IMG/VR virus record: IMGVR_UViG_3300042691_039521
Span: 1 to 64,000 of that record
From: a virus
DNA: 64,000 nucleotides
Strand: one strand, 5' to 3'
Position numbers and translations under genes: made by a program. Within the stretch, counting starts at the first letter, position 1. Every line of letters begins with the position of its first letter. This document shows, piece by piece, positions 36,319-45,859 of the stretch. The notes beneath the pieces were generated by a model. That model saw only the letters and a program-made list of their open reading frames with translations. It was not told where the DNA came from and ran no database searches.

Positions 36319-36843
36319 ATGCCACGTAGAGAAGATTTAGAAGTTTGGGAAAACCGTAATCGTAGCGAATTTTGGGTCATGAAAGAAGATCTATCCGGTG
36401 ATGTCGTACCAGTTCGTGTTCCCCCAGGCAAGCAGATTGAGATTTCAACCTACGACCGCCAGCGGAATCAGGAACAAACAATCGACCCTAAATTTGATTG
36501 GTTCACTAATGGGGCTTTGTCAAGAGTTAGGCTTGTTGATACAGCCGAAGACATTGAAGAGATTGAGGCCAACCCCAATGCTAAGTCAGAAAAAGAACTG
36601 ATTGCGCTTCTTAATCTTAATGCCAATGAATTAAAAAAGGAACTTGCTGAGATTACAAGTCCATTGGTACTAGCTCGACTCAAAGAATTCATTGAATCCG
36701 ATGATGCAGATAAAATCGAAAGCCTCACCGTTGCTAAGAACAAAGCTGTTATTAGTAGATATGAAGAACTTCATCCACCTGTGACGGGCAAGGTTTTTGA
36801 TACATACGAAGAAGCTATTGCCAAACCCAAGAAGCTATCGTAA
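36319..36843 (+). CDS. hypothetical virion-module protein
   Basis: Start trimmed to MPRREDL after AAGGAG. Confidence 0.7.
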   Translation: MPRREDLEVWENRNRSEFWVMKEDLSGDVVPVRVPPGKQIEISTYDRQRNQEQTIDPKFDWFTNGALSRVRLVDTAEDIEEIEANPNAKSEKELIALLNLNANELKKELAEITSPLVLARLKEFIESDDADKIESLTVAKNKAVISRYEELHPPVTGKVFDTYEEAIAKPKKLS

Positions 36844-36861
36844 TCCGATATATTTGTTAGT
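36844..36861 (+). promoter_or_regulatory. putative late promoter
   Basis: TCCGATA-N7-TAGT. Confidence 0.6.
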
Positions 36862-36886
36862 ATTCTTTAAACTTGGAGGTAGTTAA

Positions 36887-37390
36887 ATGGCGTCAATCGA
36901 CTTAGAGGATCTCGTTCCAGATTTAGTGATTGAGCTAAATACTCCTGGTGCTAACATATATGGATCTGTTTCCAACGAAGAGTGGGTATCAAGACTGAGG
37001 AATGCTTTCTGGGAAGCCCATCTCAATGGGTTCATGGATGGGTGGACAGAATCAGATGGGATTGTATCAAAACTCAACGACCCTAGTGCCAACGCCATGA
37101 CTCGTGATCAACAACAGTTAATTATTTTACATGCAGGCATGAATGTTATTCGTGCCGAACTCAGAACGCTAAATACATCTGAATCATATAAAGCTGGACC
37201 CGTTGCTTATGAGGTACAAAAGTCTTCACAGGTTCTTAGGGCTTTGTTAGACGATATGACAAAAAGAATGAACTATCTATTGCAGCGACTAGCTGACATG
37301 GGTATAGCTAGAGATATTTACTACATCAATAGTTATATTGCCCGTCAAGATGCTATTAACTCTGGTGCAACTCCTTGGGTCGGTAACTGA
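36887..37390 (+). CDS. putative head-to-tail adaptor
   Basis: Synteny; helical; KAGPV.YE motif. Confidence 0.55.
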   Translation: MASIDLEDLVPDLVIELNTPGANIYGSVSNEEWVSRLRNAFWEAHLNGFMDGWTESDGIVSKLNDPSANAMTRDQQQLIILHAGMNVIRAELRTLNTSESYKAGPVAYEVQKSSQVLRALLDDMTKRMNYLLQRLADMGIARDIYYINSYIARQDAINSGATPWVGN

Positions 37391-37842
37391 TGGCTACGGT
37401 GCCGGGTTTTGGAGAGGGATTTCCTTCTACTGTTTTCAGAAATAATATTAAGAATGTTATGAGAATGGGTGCCCCCAGTGCTGTAGAACAGAGGGTTACA
37501 TTCCGATGGCCTTCAAAAAAAACTTTTGTTGGTAAAACAGACCCATCGGGTCGACCCTACGACTTAGCTTCAGCAACATCTTCTGTTGTCCAGAAAGAAG
37601 ATGTGCAGATTGATTGCGCTGTGGAGATTTTGGATAGGAACCCAACTGGAACACCTATTGGTGAATTCAATAATCCAAGAGCAACCATAACTGTTTTAGA
37701 TGTTGATTATGAAACAATTAAAGGCTCAACAATAGTTTTGATAGGTGGAAACACTTATAACGTAAACTATGTTGAGCCTGTTGGTTTGTTTGATGTAACT
37801 ATTTATACATTACATTGTCAGGCGGTGGATGAAGCAGCATGA
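37390..37842 (+). CDS. putative head-to-tail stopper
   Basis: Synteny; beta-rich; DPSGRP, IGGNTY. Confidence 0.55.
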   Translation: MATVPGFGEGFPSTVFRNNIKNVMRMGAPSAVEQRVTFRWPSKKTFVGKTDPSGRPYDLASATSSVVQKEDVQIDCAVEILDRNPTGTPIGEFNNPRATITVLDVDYETIKGSTIVLIGGNTYNVNYVEPVGLFDVTIYTLHCQAVDEAA

Positions 37843-38360
37843 GTGAGATAGTAGGTGGTCTAAGACGCAGACTTATTAAAGACAATCTTTATTATATGAT
37901 TCATAACTCTATGGATCAACTCAACTGGTTTAGTGGAGATTTAAGCAATGACCCAGTTGAACTCATTTCAGAGCAGATTGATTCATCAAAGGAGATTAAA
38001 CCAAACAAGATTTCTATTTCGGCAGAAGATCTAAATACCAGAGAATGGGAAATGGGTTCTACTTTAGATGAATATGCTTGGGAGATATATATAGATATCT
38101 TTGCTGAAGATGAATCTGTGGGCATTCATCTATCTGGCGATATATACGATATATTAACAGGAAAATTTACTTCTCTTGGTCGCTCAGATAATAGATTTAA
38201 TGTATATAATCTCGCTGTCGATGGCGAACCTTTTTTGTTTAGTTGTGAATTAAGAAACGTTGAGATTGGTAGAGTTAGAGAGTGGAACAAACCCTTCAAT
38301 AAATATTGGTGGGTTATAGGCGTAACAGTTGTAGATTACTATTATGGAGATGGAGGCTAA
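37839..38360 (+). CDS. putative tail terminator/completion protein
   Basis: Synteny; IYIDIFAE...L..DI.DIL pattern. Confidence 0.55.
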   Translation: MSEIVGGLRRRLIKDNLYYMIHNSMDQLNWFSGDLSNDPVELISEQIDSSKEIKPNKISISAEDLNTREWEMGSTLDEYAWEIYIDIFAEDESVGIHLSGDIYDILTGKFTSLGRSDNRFNVYNLAVDGEPFLFSCELRNVEIGRVREWNKPFNKYWWVIGVTVVDYYYGDGG

Positions 38361-38362
38361 TA

Positions 38363-38719
38363 ATGGCTACCGTATTTAACAATATTGATAGAGTAGCAGG
38401 TGACCCTTTAGTCTCTGTTAATGTAACGATTGAATTAGTTTGGGACACTTCTGTTAGCGCTTTAGCTAAAATTGCTGATGAAGATACTGTTGTTCGTGGT
38501 TTGTATGGAACAACAACTGATGCAGATGGCTATTGGGAAGTCGATTTGGTTTCAAATGATAATATTACTCCCGATGATTCTCTATATAAAATTACTGAAA
38601 GACTTTCTATTAGCAATGATTCTGTAACATATTATATTTCTGTTCCCGATGCAGCAACTCCAACATCTTGGATTGGTGACATTGTTGTTGATCCCGACGA
38701 CCTACCTACATGGGTGTGA
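38363..38719 (+). CDS. Ig-like virion protein
   Basis: TTDADGYWEVDL.SN..ITP..S.Y.ITE; start trimmed to MATVFN. Confidence 0.55.
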   Translation: MATVFNNIDRVAGDPLVSVNVTIELVWDTSVSALAKIADEDTVVRGLYGTTTDADGYWEVDLVSNDNITPDDSLYKITERLSISNDSVTYYISVPDAATPTSWIGDIVVDPDDLPTWV

Positions 38720-38722
38720 TGC

Positions 38723-39109
38723 GTGATGACTCCTATTAAGAAGGATTTAGAAATTTGGCAGGGTAAAACCTATGATGAGCCTTGGATTTTTGGTCGAGCC
38801 ATCAAAGATGAAACTGGTCAAGTTGTAGATACCGAGGTCACCAACCTTGGTGGCTATACTGGAAAGATGCAGTTAAGAGAATCTGTTGATTCAGAAGAAC
38901 CAACTTTAGAGCTTACTACCGAGAATGGACGTATTCTTATTGATGCAGAACATGGTGAGGTGAGATTGTTTCTTACTGCAGAAGAAACAGCCGCTTTACC
39001 TGTTGGATCTTATAAATATGATTTAGAGCTTATTACCGCTTCGGGTCGTGTTTATGGTCCGCTTTATGGAAAAGTTAAGGTTAGAGCAGAGGTAACACGC
39101 GATGCCTAA
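38723..39109 (+). CDS. BppU/LtfC-like fibre-attachment protein
   Basis: [35 protein letters not shown]. Confidence 0.6.
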   Translation: MMTPIKKDLEIWQGKTYDEPWIFGRAIKDETGQVVDTEVTNLGGYTGKMQLRESVDSEEPTLELTTENGRILIDAEHGEVRLFLTAEETAALPVGSYKYDLELITASGRVYGPLYGKVKVRAEVTRDA

Positions 39110-40694
39110 TTATATAGAAGATGATGACAATGAAATCATTTTCTTGGGCGAAGACGTAGAGACTACCGAAACACTTATTCCTGGTGAACCGGAAACTCTA
39201 TTCGTGCAAATGGGTCTACAAGGACCAGAGGGAGCGCAGGGTCCTGCTGGCGATGGTGGTACCGGGCCAACAGGCCCAAGCGGTCCCACAGGCCCACAGG
39301 GCGATCCTGGCGGCCCCACGGGGGCGACCGGTCCATTTGGGGCAACCGGACCATTAGGAGCGACTGGGGCGACTGGGGCTATAGGAGCAACCGGAGCAAC
39401 CGGTATACAGGGCGCTACTGGTGCCGCTGGTGAAGTTGGCTACACTGGACCAGTAGGTGCGAGTGGTGGCCAAGGAGCAACCGGTTCGGTCGGTGCTACT
39501 GGTGCTACTGGAGCACATGGTGCTACTGGTTCAATAGGTTTACAAGGATTTACTGGACCCGCTGGTCCGGCCGGCGCTACCGGCGTTCAGGGTGAGATTG
39601 GTGAAGTTGGAAATACTGGTCCGAGTGGTGCTACGGGAAATCAGGGTTTTACTGGCGCAATCGGATCAACTGGCGCAACCGGGCCACAGGGTTCAACTGG
39701 CGCAACCGGTCTTGATGGCATAACAGGAGCGACCGGTGCTTCGGGTCCACAGGGTGATATTGGTGCTACCGGTCCTGCCGGAGCAACTGGAATAGCTGGA
39801 TCTACTGGGGTGATGGGAGCAACTGGTTCGCAGGGAGCAACAGGCGCAACTGGCCCAGCAGGTGCAACCGGCTCCCAAGGAAACGCTGGTTTTACCGGAG
39901 TCCAAGGAGCAACTGGTCCGATCGGTCCAGATGGAGCCACTGGTTCGGTCGGTGCTACTGGTGCTACTGGAGTTTCTGGTCTAGTGGGAGCCACTGGCGC
40001 ACAAGGTCCTACCGGATCAACTGGACCCATTGGCGAAACTGGCGCTACGGGGGTTGGTTCTGCTGGTGCGACTGGTGCTACCGGTCCAGACGGTGCGACC
40101 GGACCACAGGGTACTTCCATTATCACTAATGCTTCTACGTATTCTAGCAACTTAGGCTATCATTTACCCGGCGTACTCTGGGATAGTCTTAATAATGCTG
40201 TTGCGGTTACCGCTAACACAATTCGTTATGTTCCATTTCTAATTAGGGCTGGGACATTGACGGTAGATCGTATTTGTTTTGAGGTGACCACTCTTCAGGC
40301 TAATAGTAATGCGAGAGTTGGGGTTTATACTGCTGACTCAACATGGCAACCAACTGGTGCTGCTCTTATTGACGCCACGGCAACAACTGCGACTACAGGG
40401 GCTAAAAATATTACTGTATCAGGGACATTGCCTGCTGGGCGCTATCTTGCATGTATAGTTTCCGATGCCAACATCAGCGTAAGATCTGGAGCAGCTAGAC
40501 CAACATGGGGAACTGATCACGCCGCTACAGTTGTGACCGCTCCATCTTCTGCTCAAATTATTACTAGTCGTAGTACCTCGCTTACCTATCCATCTTCATT
40601 ACCAAATTCGGGGCCAGCTTGGAACGCTATATCTGGTTCTGCAACTAATCCAAATACTGATCCACTTATCTTACTAAGGGGCACTTACTCATGA
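39102..40694 (+). CDS. collagen-like fibre protein (Gly-Ala-Thr rich) with globular C-terminal domain
   Basis: ~300 aa Gly-X-Y run dominated by GAT/GPT/GST. Confidence 0.85.
   Translation: MPNYIEDDDNEIIFLGEDVETTETLIPGEPETLFVQMGLQGPEGAQGPAGDGGTGPTGPSGPTGPQGDPGGPTGATGPFGATGPLGATGATGAIGATGATGIQGATGAAGEVGYTGPVGASGGQGATGSVGATGATGAHGATGSIGLQGFTGPAGPAGATGVQGEIGEVGNTGPSGATGNQGFTGAIGSTGATGPQGSTGATGLDGITGATGASGPQGDIGATGPAGATGIAGSTGVMGATGSQGATGATGPAGATGSQGNAGFTGVQGATGPIGPDGATGSVGATGATGVSGLVGATGAQGPTGSTGPIGETGATGVGSAGATGATGPDGATGPQGTSIITNASTYSSNLGYHLPGVLWDSLNNAVAVTANTIRYVPFLIRAGTLTVDRICFEVTTLQANSNARVGVYTADSTWQPTGAALIDATATTATTGAKNITVSGTLPAGRYLACIVSDANISVRSGAARPTWGTDHAATVVTAPSSAQIITSRSTSLTYPSSLPNSGPAWNAISGSATNPNTDPLILLRGTYS
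39483..39972 (+). repeat. 31 bp exact direct repeat within collagen region
   Basis: ggttcggtcggtgctactggtgctactggag at 39483 and 39942. Confidence 0.8.
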
Positions 40695-40936
40695 TAACTC
40701 TTCGTACTGATATAGATATAGAAGGCAATGAAACAGATATTTGGTATGTGCCCGATGGTGGAATAACCATTTGGCATAATGGCGTAGACACTGGTGAACC
40801 TTATGTGCCAATAGAAATAGAATCTGCTTTAGATGCAGAACAAGCATTAGCCTTAATGGTGCTATGTATTGCCGATAATGATATGGAAGGTGCTCAAGAA
40901 GCTGCCCAAATGTGGAAGACGGCCGTAGGATTATAA
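40691..40936 (+). CDS. small protein, possible fibre chaperone
   Basis: ATGA-coupled to fibre gene. Confidence 0.55.
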   Translation: MITLRTDIDIEGNETDIWYVPDGGITIWHNGVDTGEPYVPIEIESALDAEQALALMVLCIADNDMEGAQEAAQMWKTAVGL

Positions 40937-40941
40937 CGTTT

Positions 40942-40959
40942 GACGTTATATTAAATAGG
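40942..40959 (+). promoter_or_regulatory. putative late promoter (variant)
   Basis: GACGTTA-N7-TAGG; nearly identical to 63424. Confidence 0.55.
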
Positions 40960-40978
40960 ATCGAATAAAGGAGATAAG

Positions 40979-43690
40979 TTGTCTACTACTTATATTGTAC
41001 AAGGTAAACAAGGACCAGAAGGCGCCCAAGGGGCAACTGGTCCACAGGGTGCAACTGGACCTGCTGGTGGTGGGACAGAAGGTCTTTTTCGATCCCAGTA
41101 TCATTCTCTCTTAGAGGGAGAATATATTCTAGATGACGAAGATGGGGTTATTGGTGGCGCTGGAACAATCATTTTACCAGCGATTTCAGAAGACGAACAA
41201 GATCCTAGAGTCTGGGTTATATCCGCTTATAGTGGTGATATAATTCTTCAGACCGAAAATGAAGCACCTATATTTATTCTGGATAATCAAAGTCAGCAGC
41301 CATACACCATTTCGCAGAATTCTGTTATTCATCTTTTAAGATATGTTGGTGTATGGAGAATTATTTATGATTCTTCTGTAATTGGCGACGCTAACCCTAG
41401 TGCATCTGTTATTCCAGCATCTGTTATTTTATATTGTCCAACACTCACGGCTGAAGACCTAACACCAGCAGAAAATGATGTTATGTACTGGGTTGAGCGT
41501 ACCCCTAATCTAGTAACACCAGATCCAGATACTGGTTTATCTGACTGGACAACTCGACAGGTCTTTTCTTGGACAGAGGGTTGGGCCACGGATAATGATC
41601 CCATTAATGTCTTGATGATGGTCGATTCAGATAGTTGGTTCCCAACAATATTGGCAGAGGTTGTGCCTGATGGTTTTAGCGCCATTGAAGTTTCTGGCGG
41701 TCAGCCAATTGTTCTTGGTTGTGGCGGATCTGCTGATCCATCCGGTTCTATATGGTCGGGATGGAATGTTGGAGATAATATGGCTGGTGCTATTGATCCC
41801 ATGGAGCCAGCAACTCATATTATCCCAGTTGGTTTAACAGCGGATTTAATCAGGTTAGTAGATCGTTTTGGTTCTGGTGATCATGAAAATCTAGCCGATT
41901 GGTATAGTGCTGTCAATGAGGCTCTCAAACCATCTAATTCAATTACTAAAGATAGTGATATTTGGTATTTAAATAATACTTCCCTTCCAGTGGATCAGAT
42001 TTCTGTTTCTGTAGAGAGAAATATTATTGCAACTCACGAAGAACTTGTTGATGCTGGATTAGAAGCTTATTTTGATGGTTCTAGTGGCGGTTATATTAAA
42101 GATTTAAGAGGTAAAGTTTGGAATGCCAATTTTATGTCCTCTGAACAAAGCGGGTTTGTTCCCATTGTTGATGGAATCTTTATTTTCTCTGATGCAGAAA
42201 CCATTCCTATTTCTAATTTACCAGAGGGATATTTAGGTTCTGGTGGACCAATATATGATATTGGTAATGGTACCGGCATGATGATTCTTCACTTAGAGGG
42301 CGCTTATTATCAAAAATTAGCAGCAGCCAAAGTTGTTATGGATGCAAATGGTCCTGTTTCAGTAACATATCTTGGTGATATTTACACTTCATATATGACA
42401 GAATCAGCAGTTCAAGCTTTAGAAGATTGGATAGCTTCTGCTGGCTCTGGTATTTTCACTATTTTCAATGATTATATGTATGTGTATGGTGTTGATTATT
42501 TGGATTCTAGTGGCGTTCCAATTTATACTGTTGCCCGCTGCTCAACTTCGGATATAGTTAATGCAATTTCCAGTGACCAAGCACCACTTTTCTATAAGTA
42601 TTATAACGATGAGTGGACAGAACTTGGCCTTGGTGGAAATGCTTTTGATTTAGGACTTGATAGCCCAAGAGGTAATGGAGATATTGTTATTCTCCCCGAT
42701 GGTCGTTATCTTTGGGTAGGAATTAATAGTCCACTTGGAGATAATGTCTTAGCTTATTCAACTTCTTTAGATGGAATTGATTGGTCCCCATGGTACAATC
42801 TATTTGACCCAGAGCCAGCGACTGTAGAATGGATTTATTCTACTATTTGGACGGGAGATGAACAATTTACAAACGAACACAAAGTCACTGGTTCTCAGAT
42901 AAAAGTTATGATTGTTGAAGCAGATCTTGCTGATCGCTGGGGTACCAATCAAATTCTTGAATTCACACTTAGACCAGCCGTTGCTAATGTAAATCTCATA
43001 GACATGCAAGAATCTATAGATACGATTGAAGATAGCATAGCTGATCTTACGGGCTATGATCAAATGTTATTTAGAGAACTTAGACTTGGTAGTGCATCGG
43101 TTTCTCCTGGTGGTGAGACTATTGGATATATGGCAGCTATGGCTGGGGCATTATTCCTTTCCGAACCATATACAGATTCCCTAATTGATACGTCATTATT
43201 AGGCGATCCAGTAGCAACTGCTTGGGATGTTAGTTCTGATCTTAGTCCCTCTGCTCCTGATCCATATTCTTTGGTTTTTGACTGGGGAGCGCCAGGTGAG
43301 GGTCCAGGCGTTGATGGAGCTTGGAAGTCATCAATGGCCTTTGTTATCCCTCAGACCCCATCAGGATTAGATTTTGTTGGATTCAGACTTTTGGGAGTTG
43401 TATATGATGTTCAGGAACCATTAATTTATAATTCTCTAACAATTGCAGCGGTTATTCTTAATTTTGACGATTTTAGTCTTTCTCCAGGGGCAATGGAGGG
43501 TTATAGTGGGTCTTATTCTACATATGTGATGGTCGTTGATAAACCTGTTCCCGCTGGAGTTCCTGAAATTGGAGTATCTGGTAAGACGGCAGTTGTTGAG
43601 TTTAACTGGAATAATACTGATTTCACTCCTCCTGGGAGCTTAACGATCGACGCAATAGAACTTCTTTATAGAAACCAAATAGTCATTTAA
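40979..43690 (+). CDS. large acidic virion protein with short collagen stretch and possible beta-propeller
   Basis: GPEGAQGATGPQGATGP; Asp-box-like STSLDGIDWS; 903 aa. Confidence 0.6.
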   Translation: MSTTYIVQGKQGPEGAQGATGPQGATGPAGGGTEGLFRSQYHSLLEGEYILDDEDGVIGGAGTIILPAISEDEQDPRVWVISAYSGDIILQTENEAPIFILDNQSQQPYTISQNSVIHLLRYVGVWRIIYDSSVIGDANPSASVIPASVILYCPTLTAEDLTPAENDVMYWVERTPNLVTPDPDTGLSDWTTRQVFSWTEGWATDNDPINVLMMVDSDSWFPTILAEVVPDGFSAIEVSGGQPIVLGCGGSADPSGSIWSGWNVGDNMAGAIDPMEPATHIIPVGLTADLIRLVDRFGSGDHENLADWYSAVNEALKPSNSITKDSDIWYLNNTSLPVDQISVSVERNIIATHEELVDAGLEAYFDGSSGGYIKDLRGKVWNANFMSSEQSGFVPIVDGIFIFSDAETIPISNLPEGYLGSGGPIYDIGNGTGMMILHLEGAYYQKLAAAKVVMDANGPVSVTYLGDIYTSYMTESAVQALEDWIASAGSGIFTIFNDYMYVYGVDYLDSSGVPIYTVARCSTSDIVNAISSDQAPLFYKYYNDEWTELGLGGNAFDLGLDSPRGNGDIVILPDGRYLWVGINSPLGDNVLAYSTSLDGIDWSPWYNLFDPEPATVEWIYSTIWTGDEQFTNEHKVTGSQIKVMIVEADLADRWGTNQILEFTLRPAVANVNLIDMQESIDTIEDSIADLTGYDQMLFRELRLGSASVSPGGETIGYMAAMAGALFLSEPYTDSLIDTSLLGDPVATAWDVSSDLSPSAPDPYSLVFDWGAPGEGPGVDGAWKSSMAFVIPQTPSGLDFVGFRLLGVVYDVQEPLIYNSLTIAAVILNFDDFSLSPGAMEGYSGSYSTYVMVVDKPVPAGVPEIGVSGKTAVVEFNWNNTDFTPPGSLTIDAIELLYRNQIVI

Positions 43691-43706
43691 TAGAAGGAAA
43701 AAGGAT

Positions 43707-43844
43707 ATGGATGCAGAATTTTTAGCAATGGTATTAGCGCCAGAGAATACACCTAAAGACTTAATGGAAGAAGATGGCGACCAACCATTTCACCCAGAAA
43801 TTTTAGTTGAATATGGGATAGAAGTACCCGAGGATCTACTATGA
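43707..43844 (+). CDS. small acidic protein (45 aa)
   Basis: Hand translation MDAEFLAMVLAPEN...; ATGA-coupled to endolysin. Confidence 0.55.
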   Translation: MDAEFLAMVLAPENTPKDLMEEDGDQPFHPEILVEYGIEVPEDLL

Positions 43845-44626
43845 CTTTTCAAGGTGATTTATCTAAGGTTGTAAATATAGCCCGTTCACAGATTGGCGTT
43901 GTTGAAAAACCAGTTAATAAAACGATGTATGGAGAATGGTTTGGATGGAATGGTGTTGCTTGGTGTGCTATTTTTGTAAGCTGGGTATTTGATAAAGCGG
44001 GTAATCGTATTCCCCCACTTCAGACCTCTAAGGGTTGTGCTTATGTTCCAACTTTCGTGCAACACGCTAAAGCAACTGGGCAGTGGCGTCCGAGGGGAAC
44101 ATATACCCCTAAAGCTGGTGATTTAATTATATTCCAGTTCACTAATCGACCAGACCATATCGGTATTGTTCAGTCTGTATTGCCAGATGGCAGAATTCTT
44201 ACTGTCGAAGGAAATACTAATGCTGCCGGTTCGCGGACTGGTGGTATGGTTGCTCAGCTTCACCGCCGTTCTGGTATTATTGGCTTTGTCGACGTAAGAC
44301 CAACTGCTCCGGTTATTGATTGGGCTGCAATTCGTAGATGGAATGCTGGTGTAGTTCTATCTAAACTACAGGGAGTGAGAACTCCATTAGATAGTAAGGG
44401 CTGGTCGGAAGATATCAAGATTCTTCAGCAGGCTTTGAATATCGTTCAGAATGCTGGTCTTACTGTTGATGGAATCTATGGTCCATCCACGTTCTTGAAT
44501 GTGGCCGGATTCCAGAACAACTGTAAGAAACTCGGATTAAAGATGAGCGATCCGGTGGGGATAATGGGTGATTCCACTAAGTGGTGGCTCTGCACCAATC
44601 TTCAGAATATTAGGGACGGAAGATAA
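43841..44626 (+). CDS. endolysin, CHAP domain + peptidoglycan-binding domain
   Basis: AWCAIFVSW, GDLIIF, DHIGIV, TVEGNT; LQQALN...LTVDGIYGPST. Confidence 0.88.
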   Translation: MTFQGDLSKVVNIARSQIGVVEKPVNKTMYGEWFGWNGVAWCAIFVSWVFDKAGNRIPPLQTSKGCAYVPTFVQHAKATGQWRPRGTYTPKAGDLIIFQFTNRPDHIGIVQSVLPDGRILTVEGNTNAAGSRTGGMVAQLHRRSGIIGFVDVRPTAPVIDWAAIRRWNAGVVLSKLQGVRTPLDSKGWSEDIKILQQALNIVQNAGLTVDGIYGPSTFLNVAGFQNNCKKLGLKMSDPVGIMGDSTKWWLCTNLQNIRDGR

Positions 44627-44648
44627 ACTATAAAAAGGAAAAAGGGAT

Positions 44649-44888
44649 ATGTTTAATGCAAACAAAGATTTTTTAGGAAAACGTCGAGATAGAGCTATAG
44701 CAACAATTTTAAGCTTTAAAGAAAAAGAATGTGATACTTATCTTCCACAAGATGTTTCATATGAATTAAGAAAAATTATTCTTGATCAAATCAATGATGT
44801 TGTTGATTTAGCTTATGATTTAATCAATGACGATATTGTTATTAATGAAGCTTTCTTGCAAAGGTTAGACGAGATTTTAAACATGTAG
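44649..44888 (+). CDS. hypothetical protein
   Basis: ORF track. Confidence 0.65.
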   Translation: MFNANKDFLGKRRDRAIATILSFKEKECDTYLPQDVSYELRKIILDQINDVVDLAYDLINDDIVINEAFLQRLDEILNM

Positions 44889-44897
44889 GGGTTTCTT

Positions 44898-45731
44898 ATG
44901 GCTAAGAATAGAAGACTTAGCGCTCAAGCGCAGGCTAGGTTACGTAATCGTGGAGGCCAGTTTGCTCGTCAAACTGGTGCTTCCTTTTTTCGTGTTGATG
45001 ATATTATGCGTGACGTTACGGATCAGGTATCTAAAGATCTTGCTGATAAGTTGACTTTTTGGGCTAATAATATTAAAACTAATGCTGAGAGAAGGGCTGG
45101 CTTAAGAGAGGTTAACTCAACTATTGCTAGAGAAACAATGAGTTTTGTTATCAATGCATATGAGAACAGAGGCTCTGAAGGCACTCCCGCCTACAGATAC
45201 GAAGACCCTGATGATGGACCACCACGGCAGTTTAAAAGATATTCTAATGGAGCTATGTTAAGGGCGTTAAGCGACCCTAATAACTATACGTTTTCACCTA
45301 GAGAGTTTTCTTTCATTAATTTTGAGATTATGGACTCTCATGCGAAACAATGGTATCGTTTGAACTTCGGTACAAAAGATCGGCCTGGAGACTCTCCTTC
45401 TGGTCCAAATATGAAATTTATGGGGGTTGAGACTTCAAGAAAAATAACCCTAGATCAATGGAAGCCATCTGATTATGTTGCCATGCCTAAGGGTTTTTGG
45501 TCTAAAACATTCGCTGCACAAACAGAGGGAACTCTTTTGAAGAGAGGACGTGGAGCTTTTTATCCAGCAACTCTTAATCCAGAATCTGGTGCAGCGAAGC
45601 CAGTTAACTTTAGAAAAGTTAAAGGTATTGAAGGTAAGCACTTCCTTGATCAAGGAGCTATTTTCATTAATAAGAGATACCCAGAATTACTTGAGAACAT
45701 GGTTGAAGACTGGATGAAAAGAGGTCTTTAA
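44898..45731 (+). CDS. putative neck/tail-completion protein (HK97 gp10-like C-terminus)
   Basis: LNFGT and KGIEGKHFL motifs; basic N-terminus; precedes tail tube. Confidence 0.45.
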   Translation: MAKNRRLSAQAQARLRNRGGQFARQTGASFFRVDDIMRDVTDQVSKDLADKLTFWANNIKTNAERRAGLREVNSTIARETMSFVINAYENRGSEGTPAYRYEDPDDGPPRQFKRYSNGAMLRALSDPNNYTFSPREFSFINFEIMDSHAKQWYRLNFGTKDRPGDSPSGPNMKFMGVETSRKITLDQWKPSDYVAMPKGFWSKTFAAQTEGTLLKRGRGAFYPATLNPESGAAKPVNFRKVKGIEGKHFLDQGAIFINKRYPELLENMVEDWMKRGL

Positions 45732-45740
45732 AAACTTTAG

Positions 45741-45758
45741 TCCGATAAATATTATAGG
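45741..45758 (+). promoter_or_regulatory. putative late promoter of tail tube gene
   Basis: TCCGATA-N7-TAGG. Confidence 0.7.
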
Positions 45759-45796
45759 AACTAACCCATAGTGTTGGTTTATATTATAATAAGCGG

Positions 45797-45853
45797 CCTC
45801 CCTGTAGGCTAATTGGAAAAAAGAAATAAATATTAGCTTACCTATAAAGGAGG
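45797..45853 (+). promoter_or_regulatory. RBS-sequestering leader hairpin
   Basis: CCTCC/GGAGG, TGTAG/CTATA, GCTAAT/ATTAGC nested pairing. Confidence 0.55.
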
Positions 45854-45859
45854 GTAAAT

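Noticed and set aside
39220-40110. Repetitive DNA as possible CRISPR array or DGR template
   Set aside because: Repeats are in-frame collagen codons with no unique spacers; no cas or reverse transcriptase gene in the window
39110-40150. Antisense PVAPVGP-repeat ORFs (also 61018-61779)
   Set aside because: Mirror frames of Gly-X-Y collagen codons
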